From: a virus
Lineage: Duplodnaviria; Caudoviricetes
DNA: 47,220 bases
Direction: 5' to 3' (one strand)
Virus record (IMG/VR): IMGVR_UViG_3300049846_000516
Span: 1 to 47,220 of that record
In this document: positions 15,739 through 24,623 of the stretch, piece after piece
Layout: every line of letters starts with the position of its first letter
Numbering within the stretch: position 1 is the stretch's first letter
Position numbers and translations under genes: made by a program
Notes under the pieces: model-generated
What the model saw: the letters and a program-made list of their open reading frames with translations, nothing else
What the model was told of the DNA's origin: nothing
Databases searched by the model: none

Positions 15739-15914
15739 TGAGCGACACATTCACTACACCCTACCCAGTGATACTGCGCGATTTGTACGCGGGTCTTGCT
15801 ATGATGTCATTTGTGCACACATACAAGGGGGCATCTATCAACGATGAGATGATGTCTGCGTGGGCATTCGACATGGCTACGGCCATGATGCGGAAGCGCC
15901 TGGAGGCGGCATGA
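15738..15914 (+). CDS. Small conserved-type phage protein (58 aa)
   Basis: Not in track. LRDLYAGLAM...AFDMATAMM pattern common in phage proteins; coupled at both ends. Confidence 0.7.
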   Translation: MSDTFTTPYPVILRDLYAGLAMMSFVHTYKGASINDEMMSAWAFDMATAMMRKRLEAA

Positions 15915-16114
15915 TTTACATATGGGAATGTAAGAAGTGCAACAGGATCCAGGAGGTAGAGCGTAAGCTTGTGGACTACAAGGTACCGCCGGACGATAAG
16001 CATGAATGGGTACGGGTGATAGGCGTAACTAACACCCCCTTCCAACACCTCCGTCATGCTGGTGTATTCGCAGATGATAACGGGAACTTCGCCCCTTGGT
16101 CGAGGAATATATGA
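15911..16114 (+). CDS. FmdB-like zinc-ribbon protein
   Basis: MIYIWECKKC start, GGAGG RBS; second Cys pair absent. Confidence 0.55.
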   Translation: MIYIWECKKCNRIQEVERKLVDYKVPPDDKHEWVRVIGVTNTPFQHLRHAGVFADDNGNFAPWSRNI

Positions 16115-16356
16115 AGTACCCGCATTACTTTAAAAAATGCGGATATGATTACATTGATGTGTATAGAGTTCTTTTACTCTTTAATGTGTCCGATCCATGC
16201 ATACAGCATGCAGCTAAAAAGCTCTTGGCATCTGGGACGAGAGGTTACAAAGATGTAAGTACTGATATTCAAGAAGCTATTGACACGTTGGAGCGTTGGA
16301 AAACTATGCGAATAGAAGAAGGAATTGATAGTGGGCAGACGGAAGAAACCTTATAA
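16111..16356 (+). CDS. Conserved phage protein, possibly related to DUF3310/T7 gp1.7-type nucleotide kinases
   Basis: HYFK...IDVYRVL..F...DPCIQHAAKKLL..G.RG.KD...DIQEA pattern. Confidence 0.5.
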   Translation: MKYPHYFKKCGYDYIDVYRVLLLFNVSDPCIQHAAKKLLASGTRGYKDVSTDIQEAIDTLERWKTMRIEEGIDSGQTEETL

Positions 16357-16588
16357 GCTCCTGTGTGCACAGGCTGGCGCAGAGAATGTGATCGAACATG
16401 ACTGTATGGCATGTGGCGAATCATGGGATGTGTACAAAGATGAAGGCGCAATGGAACTTTGTTACTATTGCGGGTCTAATGATATCCACACCAGGCCCGC
16501 ACCTACTGAGTACTGGGTCCATATGTTCAAGGAACCCAAACATCCAGTAGGCCCTGACATCTACGATCAGTATCAAGTGTACACATAA
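16325..16588 (+). CDS. Zinc-ribbon protein (start uncertain)
   Basis: CMAC...CYYCGS. Confidence 0.6.
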   Translation: MIVGRRKKPYKLLCAQAGAENVIEHDCMACGESWDVYKDEGAMELCYYCGSNDIHTRPAPTEYWVHMFKEPKHPVGPDIYDQYQVYT

Positions 16589-16722
16589 TGAACTACGAAG
16601 ACTACAAATGGAAGATGCTGTGCCTAGATTGTACAGCAATGTATCTGTACCACGAGTACCCGCCGTATAGCAGTTGCTTTAACTGTGGATCTAAAGCGGT
16701 AGAAGTAAGGAAGCTTGGATGA
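16588..16722 (+). CDS. Micro zinc-ribbon protein (44 aa)
   Basis: Not in track. CLDC...CFNCGS; coupled to the neighbouring genes. Confidence 0.65.
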   Translation: MNYEDYKWKMLCLDCTAMYLYHEYPPYSSCFNCGSKAVEVRKLG

Positions 16723-18506
16723 GATTGTTGTTCGACATCGAGACTAACGCCGTAGACTTCGATTCGAATGTTTACTTCCTCGACCAGATACATACTGTGC
16801 TGTGCATGGTGGCACTGGATGTGGATACCAAGAATCTGTACAAGTTCTATGATACCGACGGACTGCGTGAGTTAGGTACAGCTAACATCGAGGCAGGAAT
16901 TAAATTATTGGAGCAAGCAGATGAGTGGATCGGACACAACATTATCGCCTTCGACATCCCAGTCCTGGAAAAACTTTTTGGAATCGCGAGAGCTCCTCGC
17001 ATTCTTGACACTCTTGTCGTATCTCGACTTCTCTACACGGATCGATCGGGAGGGCATTCTCTTGAATCTTATGGAGAGAGATTGGGGTTCGCTAAACTCG
17101 AAGCTCCAGGATTTACAGAGTTCACTCCAGGTCTGCTTACATATTGTGTCCGAGATGTTGAACTCAACGCAAGAGTCTTAAGTTTACTGGAGTCTGAACT
17201 TAATAACTGGGACTGGTCTAAAGCAGTACAGTTAGAACATCGTATAGCGGACATCATGTTCAAGCAAGAACAGCGAGGGTTCGCATTCGATACACCCAAG
17301 GCGATCGCTCTCATCGAGAAGATGGAATCTGAGGTCTCTCAGATAGATCAGGAACTTAACAGTCTCCTTGGATCTAGGGTTATTGCGCGCGGTGAGGTAC
17401 CCAAACCTTTCCGTATTGATGGGAGTCTTGGGGCGAGGGTTCTTGACTGGTGCGCTCGGTACCAGCTAGACCCCTCGCTGATCGCAGGTCCTTTTCAGTT
17501 CATAGAGTACGTACACTATAACTATGAATCCCCGCCTCAACAGAAACAAATACTCCTGAGTCTAGGATGGAAGCCAGAAAACCGTACAGAGGCAGGGCAG
17601 CCGAAGATCGACGACTCTGCTACCCAAGTCGGCCCAGTAGGTTCGCATCTTTTGCGCCGGAATGTAGTAAGCCACAAGCGCAGCCAGGTCCAAGGTTGGA
17701 TAAACCGAGTCGACTCAAGTGGAAGGATACATGGGGGCGCCAACCCCTGTGGAACGAACACCCATCGAATGCGCCACAAGGTGGTAGTGAATGTCCCTCG
17801 AGTGACGAGCGAGTTCGGGAAGGATATGAGGGGCCTGTTCGTAGCACCATCTGGGAAAATCCTTGGTGGTTATGACGCTAAACAATTAGAGCTGCGAATG
17901 CTGGCTCATTATCTAGGAGATCAAGACTATGTCGAACGAGTCACAACCCGAGACAAATCTCGAGATGCTCACGTCCTCGCAGCGAATGCAGCTGGATCTG
18001 GAGATCGAGATCTTGGAAAGGGTATTAACTATGCTCTTATCTATGGAGCAGGAGATAAACGACTGGGGTCACTTGTCGGAGGAGGAGCAGATCGAGGCGC
18101 AGGCATACGTGCAGAGTTATACCGCCTCATACCAGGCCTTGAGAGACTCGTTCGCGCATCTAAAACAGCTGCTCAACGAGGGTATCTCATCGGACTCGAC
18201 GGAAGAAAACACTACATCCGACAAGCAATAGCCTCCCCACTGAACACCCTCATTCAAGGTGGCGGTGCAGTGTACATGAAGAAGGTTACTGAGATCCTAG
18301 ACCAGTACATCAATCAAGAGTACTGGTATAAGGTACTAGATATGCACGACGAAGCTCAGTGGGAGATCTTCGATACGGATGCCGCTAAGAAGATCTTCGA
18401 ACTCCAAGTTGGAAACGCCTTCGACCTGGCTAACAAGTTCTATGGACTACGATGCCCTCAAGAACCGGACGTTAAGTTCGGGTACACATGGGCGGAGACA
18501 CACTAA
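16719..18506 (+). CDS. DNA polymerase family A with 3'-5' exonuclease (T7 gp5-like)
   Basis: ExoI FDIETN, ExoII HNIIAFD, ExoIII YCVRD; motif A DAKQLELR, motif B RDLGKGINYALIYG, motif C MHDE. Confidence 0.97.
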   Translation: MRLLFDIETNAVDFDSNVYFLDQIHTVLCMVALDVDTKNLYKFYDTDGLRELGTANIEAGIKLLEQADEWIGHNIIAFDIPVLEKLFGIARAPRILDTLVVSRLLYTDRSGGHSLESYGERLGFAKLEAPGFTEFTPGLLTYCVRDVELNARVLSLLESELNNWDWSKAVQLEHRIADIMFKQEQRGFAFDTPKAIALIEKMESEVSQIDQELNSLLGSRVIARGEVPKPFRIDGSLGARVLDWCARYQLDPSLIAGPFQFIEYVHYNYESPPQQKQILLSLGWKPENRTEAGQPKIDDSATQVGPVGSHLLRRNVVSHKRSQVQGWINRVDSSGRIHGGANPCGTNTHRMRHKVVVNVPRVTSEFGKDMRGLFVAPSGKILGGYDAKQLELRMLAHYLGDQDYVERVTTRDKSRDAHVLAANAAGSGDRDLGKGINYALIYGAGDKRLGSLVGGGADRGAGIRAELYRLIPGLERLVRASKTAAQRGYLIGLDGRKHYIRQAIASPLNTLIQGGGAVYMKKVTEILDQYINQEYWYKVLDMHDEAQWEIFDTDAAKKIFELQVGNAFDLANKFYGLRCPQEPDVKFGYTWAETH

Positions 18507-18676
18507 TGAGTAATGTAGCTAATCTGAAACGAAATAACGTAACAGTAAAGATCACAACCCCGTATATCAGATATGAAATCTTCGTCAATAAAGACAATGA
18601 AAGCATCTTCGAATCCGAACTACTTGACAAAGTCAGCTGGACGTGGTGCACGAAAGACGAAGTTACAATCGTCTGA
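18506..18676 (+). CDS. Hypothetical protein (56 aa)
   Basis: TAATG coupling to the polymerase gene. Confidence 0.55.
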   Translation: MSNVANLKRNNVTVKITTPYIRYEIFVNKDNESIFESELLDKVSWTWCTKDEVTIV

Positions 18677-18756
18677 AGACTGGAAGCCACGTAAGAGGGC
18701 GGGTCATAAGACTAAACTACATGAACCAATGAAAGAAACTAAGTGGAGATATAAAG

Positions 18757-19023
18757 GTGAATACGACGACTGAATTTACGCTTGAAGAAAAGATAGATGC
18801 GATCTTCAAGAAGGTCCAAGAGAAGGAAGAGACTGCCGCAGTACAATTAAAGAAGTACCAGGCACAGCCTGCATATGAATGGCAATTCTGCGAGAAGGAG
18901 GCTTTCGACACAGAGGAGGAAGCGATCGAGTGGGTAAAATCGCGCGGCTGGAGTGAAGCGGTGATTGCGCTGAGCACAGCGCATGTAACTTCTAAAGTTA
19001 CAGAAGTTGAGGTGGTGCGATAA
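18757..19023 (+). CDS. Hypothetical protein
   Basis: 88 aa, GGAG RBS, coupled to the next gene. Confidence 0.65.
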   Translation: MNTTTEFTLEEKIDAIFKKVQEKEETAAVQLKKYQAQPAYEWQFCEKEAFDTEEEAIEWVKSRGWSEAVIALSTAHVTSKVTEVEVVR

Positions 19024-19235
19024 TGCAATATGGTATTTATGTAGGCTCCTCAAAAGAGGGGATCGAAGCAGCACATAAGGCTATCATTGCTATCCTTGAG
19101 ATGAATGTAGCTGAGGGCGTAACTAAGCGTGCGCTTGATGTGCTGACCGAAGTGTGCTCGGTTCGGAATACCAGCATCTCGAACTGCACCTTTGGCGATT
19201 TCCATGCCGAAGAAGAGGACAATAACGATGAGTGA
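19023..19235 (+). CDS. Hypothetical protein
   Basis: 70 aa, TAATG coupling. Confidence 0.65.
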   Translation: MQYGIYVGSSKEGIEAAHKAIIAILEMNVAEGVTKRALDVLTEVCSVRNTSISNCTFGDFHAEEEDNNDE

Positions 19236-19818
19236 TTTCAACCCTAATGCAAAAGACAGCGGCTTCGAACGAGACCTTATCCCATCCGGAACGCACGCTG
19301 CCCGTTGTGTGCGTGTTATCGAGATCGGGAAGCAATACAGTAAGCAGTTTGATACCGAATCCAACAAGGTCATCATCGTTCTCGCTCTCCCAAGCGTCCT
19401 CGTCAATGTCGGAGGAGAGGAGAAGCAAGCCTTCGTATCGAATCCTTTCGGGATCACGATCAGCAACAACGATCGATCCTCGATGAAGCAGTACACTCGG
19501 GCACTCGACCCGAAGGGAGAGGCTAAGAACCTTGGAGACTTCCTTAACAAGACGTGCCAAGTTCTTATCACCCACCGAACTAAGGATGATAAGACTTACG
19601 CTCGATTGGATTCCGTTGCACCTATCCTTCCTGGTTTCCCGGTACCTGAATTGGATACGGATCCTTTCTGGTTCAAGTGGAACAGCCCCGATCCCTCGAT
19701 CTGGGAGAAACTCCCTGACTTCCAAAAGCAGCTGATCAAGGAAGCTACGAACTACCACGGGTCTAAGGTATGGGAGATGGTGAATGAGCTGGAAGGTCAT
19801 AGCAATCTACCGATGTAA
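19228..19818 (+). CDS. Putative single-stranded DNA-binding protein
   Basis: PSGTHAARCVRVIEIGKQ motif seen in phage replication-module proteins; lies between polymerase and exonuclease. Confidence 0.55.
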   Translation: MSDFNPNAKDSGFERDLIPSGTHAARCVRVIEIGKQYSKQFDTESNKVIIVLALPSVLVNVGGEEKQAFVSNPFGITISNNDRSSMKQYTRALDPKGEAKNLGDFLNKTCQVLITHRTKDDKTYARLDSVAPILPGFPVPELDTDPFWFKWNSPDPSIWEKLPDFQKQLIKEATNYHGSKVWEMVNELEGHSNLPM

Positions 19819-19939
19819 GACATGCGGGTACGAGTTCGAATCAGAGGGGGTACCTGATAGGTGCCCCAGCTGTGACGAGTTCGGACCGTACATGTTCGAG
19901 AGGGTACGATTCGATACGTTGTGGTTGCCTGAGATATGA
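19784..19939 (+). CDS. Rubredoxin-like metal-binding micro-protein (51 aa)
   Basis: Not in track. YRCKTCGYEFESEGVPDRCPSC. Confidence 0.65.
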   Translation: MSWKVIAIYRCKTCGYEFESEGVPDRCPSCDEFGPYMFERVRFDTLWLPEI

Positions 19940-20070
19940 ACGAAACAGTTAAAATCTCTATATGTAGAGATTGCGGCGCCCAAGTCCCCGTAGATCCTTA
20001 CGTGTCTGAACCAAAAATATGTTTTAAATGCGGCAGTTACAAAGTTTTCACTAAAGAAGTGCCGCTATGA
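19936..20070 (+). CDS. Micro zinc-ribbon protein (44 aa)
   Basis: Not in track. CRDCG...CFKCGS; ATGA overlaps. Confidence 0.65.
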   Translation: MNETVKISICRDCGAQVPVDPYVSEPKICFKCGSYKVFTKEVPL

Positions 20071-20151
20071 GGTACAACATCGGGCACTACCTCGAGAAAG
20101 TAGAACTAGTACTCGCAACCGTAGTCCTTACTCCTTTTTATTTGGTGACAT

Positions 20152-20889
20152 ATGCATGCCCTAGTAGACGCGGACATCTTCCTGTACGAGATGGGGTCAG
20201 CAGTGAACGACGAGGGGGATCCACTAGCGTGGAACCTGGTGCAGGCCAGGCTGGATGCAAGGATCGAACAGATCCTTGATGCTACTGAAGCCGAGACTTG
20301 GCAGGGGTACATAACAGGTAAAGGAAATTTCCGTGAGAAAATATCAACCATTAAAGATTACAAAGGTAATCGAGACCGAGGTGCAAGACCTTTCTGGTAC
20401 CAGGCGATACATACATATCTGGTTCACGATAGAGGAGTCGCCGTATGCGACGGGCATGAAGCAGATGATCAAATCGCTATGGACCACGGCGAAGGTACGA
20501 TCATTTGTTCTCGTGACAAAGACCTTAAGCAAGTACCTGGGTGGCATTACTCTTGGCCTAGCTGGAAACAAGAGGAACAACGGCCGTACTTCATCGATGA
20601 AGTTAACGGTCTCCGATTCCTCTATCGACAGCTTCTTACTGGGGATGCTACTGATAACATCCTCGGATTATACGGCGTCGGGCCGAAGGCTGCGTGCGTA
20701 CAGAGAATGGATACGTACGAAACAGAAATAGACATGTTCCGCGAAGTACAAGAACAGTACGAGTTAAGGTTCGGGAACCATTGGCCTATGTTCTTGTCTG
20801 AGAATGGTTCGCTCCTTTATCTACTGAGACATCAAGAGGATAGTTGGGATGCGAAGATGCGCAGATTGTGGGAGGTACTTAACTCCTAA
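20152..20889 (+). CDS. 5'-3' exonuclease (T7 gp6/RNase H-like)
   Basis: LVDAD, YKGNR, EADD, SRDKDL, GDATDNI motifs. Confidence 0.92.
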   Translation: MHALVDADIFLYEMGSAVNDEGDPLAWNLVQARLDARIEQILDATEAETWQGYITGKGNFREKISTIKDYKGNRDRGARPFWYQAIHTYLVHDRGVAVCDGHEADDQIAMDHGEGTIICSRDKDLKQVPGWHYSWPSWKQEEQRPYFIDEVNGLRFLYRQLLTGDATDNILGLYGVGPKAACVQRMDTYETEIDMFREVQEQYELRFGNHWPMFLSENGSLLYLLRHQEDSWDAKMRRLWEVLNS

Positions 20890-21275
20890 TGAACGATGGC
20901 ACTGTGAATGGTGTGATGCCTTCCACGTCAGAGAACCTGACGAAGATGTCTACCAAGGATATCTCATCGGTGCGCACACACCTATTGAAGAAGCAGAAAG
21001 GGATATGCCCTATCTGCAAAAGGGATATCAAGGACCCGGTACTGGATCATGACCACTCCACTGGAGCGGTTCGAGATACGCTCTGTAGGAACTGTAACAG
21101 ATTCGAGGGGAAGGTCCTCCAATGGGTCAGAACAGTTCCTTTGGAAAGAATACAGCTACTGGCTAACCTTGCCCGATATTGGAAAAGGCACCAAGACAAC
21201 CGGCACGGACTACTCCACCCCGGTAGAACTACTAAACGTAAACGGAGAAAGAAGAATGCGAAAGCACGAAGCTGA
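20889..21275 (+). CDS. Endonuclease VII family (HNH-type) resolvase
   Basis: CPIC...LDHDH.TGAVR..LCRNCN. Confidence 0.88.
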   Translation: MNDGTVNGVMPSTSENLTKMSTKDISSVRTHLLKKQKGICPICKRDIKDPVLDHDHSTGAVRDTLCRNCNRFEGKVLQWVRTVPLERIQLLANLARYWKRHQDNRHGLLHPGRTTKRKRRKKNAKARS

Positions 21276-21477
21276 ATTTGTACGCACCGTACTTGAGGAT
21301 CTGGTGGCAGTAGCCGGGTGGCAGAATGTCCCCGATGATATCGATGTTGAAGGCGCAACTGTACTACTTAATGAGGTAATTTATGGCGACGAAAAAGAAG
21401 GAACCGACATTGCGGTGGCTGGTGAGGCACCACCGGTGGCTGCCGATTTCGAATCGAAAGCTCCAGCAATGGAGTGA
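21256..21477 (+). CDS. Acidic hypothetical protein (73 aa)
   Basis: MRKHEAEF start after GGAGA. Confidence 0.6.
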   Translation: MRKHEAEFVRTVLEDLVAVAGWQNVPDDIDVEGATVLLNEVIYGDEKEGTDIAVAGEAPPVAADFESKAPAME

Positions 21478-21522
21478 TACACAGAATAAATATGTTGACA
21501 TCCCCGTAGAGGTAGCGCAACT

Positions 21523-21891
21523 GTGATTCAATGGGAGGATATCGTCCACTTCAAGGAGTCCGAGTTCAAGTGTAAACACTGCGGTGACAGTTACATGGAT
21601 ATGGAGTTCGTATCGAAGCTGGACGGTCTTAGGGAGCGGATCGGTACCCCTGTGGTAGTAACCTCAGGGTACCGCTGCCACGCCCATAACGCAGCTGTGA
21701 GCTCCACAGGGGCTCATGGGCCGCATACCACAGGGAAGGCGGCAGATCTACAAGTGAAACCAGAGAAGTTCAGGGATCTGCTAGATCTTGCAGTTGAACT
21801 ATTCCCTGGAATAGGGATCCAATTGAAAGGCGACCATGCCTCTCGGTTCATCCACGTTGATGACCTATCGCGCAGGGTCTGGTCGTACTAA
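21523..21891 (+). CDS. Peptidase M15A (zinc peptidase), probable endolysin
   Basis: EFKCK.CG, SGYRC, H..GKAAD, FIHVD motifs. Confidence 0.88.
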   Translation: MIQWEDIVHFKESEFKCKHCGDSYMDMEFVSKLDGLRERIGTPVVVTSGYRCHAHNAAVSSTGAHGPHTTGKAADLQVKPEKFRDLLDLAVELFPGIGIQLKGDHASRFIHVDDLSRRVWSY

Positions 21892-21897
21892 CGGTTC

Positions 21898-21968
21898 GGG
21901 GGTGACGCATAACCAACCTTAGACCGTGCCCCCCAGCACGCTCTGGTGCGCACCCCCTGTTTTTTTTA
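21898..21968 (+). terminator. Intrinsic terminator for the + arm
   Basis: GGGGGTG(A)CGCA...TGCGCACCCCC stem followed by a T run. Confidence 0.6.
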
Positions 21969-22010
21969 TTAAGTAGCCGTAGCTTAATCCTCTAGAGAAA
22001 GTACGGCAAT

Positions 22011-22053
22011 AAAAAACCCCGGAAGGATGTTGAGTCCAACCGGGGTTTTTTTT
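22011..22053. terminator. Bidirectional intrinsic terminator at the arm junction
   Basis: AAAAAACCCCGG...CCGGGGTTTTTTTT. Confidence 0.9.
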
Positions 22054-22105
22054 CGCCTAGAGGAAAGGAGCCAGTACCTCTAGGATTAGCTCGCCGCTAG
22101 CTAAT

Positions 22106-22570
22106 TCATTGATCTATTTCTTTTGGCAACGGCTGTCGTTTCCCGAACTTCGCCATCGCAGAGTCTACGATCCTATCTAGGTGTGGAGCAGCGAAGTAGA
22201 ATCCGAGGATCAACATAACAGCCCCATTCATTTGTTCAGCGTACCCGGCCATCAGCTCAGATGCTTCACGCCAGGCTATACGCCTACCGATATCAATCCA
22301 TATCGAAGCTATAGCGAATGCCTGAGCCACTAGGTACTGGCCTAGCCACGTGGATGTGATCACCACAGCTAGCCACCGCCTCGCTAAGTTCTGGCCAGAT
22401 GTGGCAGTCATCCAGTTAACTACCATACCACGAGCTTCTGCTCTGTTAGCAGCCGCGGCCTGTTCTTTCTCCTCGCTGGTGTAGACGAGGGCGTCTAGGC
22501 TATCACGTACAGCCTCAACTGTAGTCTTGATGGTATCTGGGCCGGCAAATATCCTACTGAATATGCTCAT
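22106..22570 (-). CDS. Putative holin (GTA holin-of-3TMs-like)
   Basis: Start re-called to MSIFSRIF; D.L.YTSEEK motif, TM segments, ILGFYF. Confidence 0.55.
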   Translation of the reverse strand: MSIFSRIFAGPDTIKTTVEAVRDSLDALVYTSEEKEQAAAANRAEARGMVVNWMTATSGQNLARRWLAVVITSTWLGQYLVAQAFAIASIWIDIGRRIAWREASELMAGYAEQMNGAVMLILGFYFAAPHLDRIVDSAMAKFGKRQPLPKEIDQ

Positions 22571-22782
22571 TGCGCAGCACGCTCTAAAGTGGCTGATGCC
22601 AGTACCTGAACGTACTGTTCGGTGCCAGCTTGTACTTGGAGTCGACGAAGTACGGGCCGTGCGCCTGAAGTATCCACTTCGAACGGGGTCCAACCGTCAG
22701 AGACGAGGGTTTCCTTCCTTCTCCTGCGATCTTGCCCGTCAAGCAAGATACACTTATCATTCTTAACAAATAGAATATTCAT
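22567..22782 (-). CDS. Hypothetical protein
   Basis: 71 aa, coupled to its neighbours. Confidence 0.6.
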   Translation of the reverse strand: MNILFVKNDKCILLDGQDRRRRKETLVSDGWTPFEVDTSGARPVLRRLQVQAGTEQYVQVLASATLERAAQ

Positions 22783-22783
22783 A

Positions 22784-24451
22784 TTATCCTGCCTTGTATT
22801 CCATATAGCTGCCTTGGACTAGGTTCACAGCGTTAACGTCGGAAGTGTTCTGCGCCCATTGAAATGAGAACGTACCCGATGCGTTAGTTTTTAGAGTCAG
22901 TTCGAATCTAACAAAGCCCCTACCAGTGGTGGTAGATGTTACTGACTTTGAAGCTGGGAACGCAGTGCCTCCGCTTACTACCGGAGTCATAGTGGAGGTA
23001 CTCCCCATAGGAGTTTCTGTTATATACCAAGCGCACTCAGTAATTGTACCTGTATAATTAAACATGTACTTGAAGTCGGGCGTAGCATTAGATGTAGAGA
23101 ATACAGCCAGCCCCCTGATTACGTACTGAGTACTACCCGCCGCGCTGAACTGCATCACTGAGTCGTTACCCAGCGTGTTATCGCTGGTCTTAGCCGTGCT
23201 GCTGGTCTTTATTAGCTGAGTGAATCCGCTTCCAGCAGGAGCTGTGAATGTAGGCGCCGAGCTAGCGCCGTTACTAGTAAGGACAGTACCTGACCCGCCG
23301 AGAGCAAGCTCTGTGATAACGCCAGATCCATCGGTATAGATCACCTTCCAGTTACCAGGAGTAACTGTAGCGAACGATCCAAGGCCTAGTGTAGTACGTT
23401 GGGCGGAAGCACTAGCGTCGTCAATCAACGCTCTTCCGGCTGCAGTACAGGCGATCTCTTCAATGATACCAGCGCCCGCTGTAGACCTGCCAAGGATCAC
23501 GTCCGTAGCTGACGTATCTTGCATCTTAGCGTACGTTACAGCGTCGTTATCGATAGTCCACGTAGCGCCACTAGAGCTAACAGTGATGTCGCCCTTGTCG
23601 CCGTCGGATACGCCAGAGCCGGAGGGTTGGGCGTACCACCCCTTAGTACCGCTGCCGTTAGTGCCGTACAGCATGGTATTCCCGGGGGATGCAGAATCCC
23701 CAGAGAGTTTCAGGCCAGACGCATCAGACGTGACAGACATCTGAGTGATAGCGGATGCACTGATCGCCTGCCCAGTCAAGGACATGTCGATAGTGCTTGA
23801 GTCAGATACAGTTACTGCATCATGTATGATATCTACAGATGCACCAGCCTGCCTTGCTCGGAACTTACCAGTGGTACTATTGTACCAGATATCTCCGTTA
23901 GCAGGAGCTGTTACATCTCCAGCAGCTGGGACATGGTTCGACCTGCCAGTGATCTCGATACCATCGTCATTGATCTCTACAGTGGTAACGTAGTTAGGTT
24001 GGAACTGAACAGGTCTACCGGCTGCAGCAGTAGTGAACGCTATATTCCCAGCAAGAGCATCGACCACCAAGTTATCATTAAAGGTATACAGAGAGGCCTC
24101 ATACGCCCCATCATCGTAGAAGTCTACAGCCCCGCCTTCTTCGCCATCGCATCGTACAGTCCCCCAGTGACCAGCAACAGGATCTGTGATACGAAGCTCT
24201 TGAGATCCCCCGAAACCAGTACCAGTAGTTACAGATTGGGTGGCCCCGTTGTACAGGGAACTATGCGTGTGCGCTAGCTGGGAGTACCGAGCGTCGCCGC
24301 GAGCATCGTTATGGTACTGAGTATGATCATCATCGCCGAGGCCAGTAAGTAAGCCGTGGTCAGATACGCCAGTACCTGTGCCAGTACCAGGTACGGTATA
24401 CGGTATACCGATAACCTTCTGTCTGCGCCTATGTCTTGGTTCTATCTTCAT
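22784..24451 (-). CDS. Tail fibre protein
   Basis: G/S/T-rich; DHGLLTGLGDDDHTQY and DGDKGDITVSSSGATWTIDNDAVTYAKMQ modules typical of phage fibres. Confidence 0.8.
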   Translation of the reverse strand: MKIEPRHRRRQKVIGIPYTVPGTGTGTGVSDHGLLTGLGDDDHTQYHNDARGDARYSQLAHTHSSLYNGATQSVTTGTGFGGSQELRITDPVAGHWGTVRCDGEEGGAVDFYDDGAYEASLYTFNDNLVVDALAGNIAFTTAAAGRPVQFQPNYVTTVEINDDGIEITGRSNHVPAAGDVTAPANGDIWYNSTTGKFRARQAGASVDIIHDAVTVSDSSTIDMSLTGQAISASAITQMSVTSDASGLKLSGDSASPGNTMLYGTNGSGTKGWYAQPSGSGVSDGDKGDITVSSSGATWTIDNDAVTYAKMQDTSATDVILGRSTAGAGIIEEIACTAAGRALIDDASASAQRTTLGLGSFATVTPGNWKVIYTDGSGVITELALGGSGTVLTSNGASSAPTFTAPAGSGFTQLIKTSSTAKTSDNTLGNDSVMQFSAAGSTQYVIRGLAVFSTSNATPDFKYMFNYTGTITECAWYITETPMGSTSTMTPVVSGGTAFPASKSVTSTTTGRGFVRFELTLKTNASGTFSFQWAQNTSDVNAVNLVQGSYMEYKAG

Positions 24452-24464
24452 AACTTAGCTATGC

Positions 24465-24623
24465 TTACTTGCTGGTTCTTTTTGTATCTAGTTCAGGAAA
24501 GAATGGGACGAATTCCCATTTCTTCTGCTGACTCCTCGGAGTAGGAGTAGGAGGATTTTCTCGGAACCACTGTTCAGTGAATGCGCGCCGCTCTTCTGGA
24601 GTCATCTCAGAGATATGTTTCAT
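24465..24623 (-). CDS. Small protein (52 aa) coupled to the ART gene
   Basis: Not in track. MKHISEMTPEERRAFTEQWFRENPPTP..., ATGA overlap with the ART stop. Confidence 0.55.
   Translation of the reverse strand: MKHISEMTPEERRAFTEQWFRENPPTPTPRSQQKKWEFVPFFPELDTKRTSK

Noticed and set aside
21495-21525. sigma70 promoter at TTGACA before the endolysin
   Set aside because: No credible -10 box at 16-18 nt.
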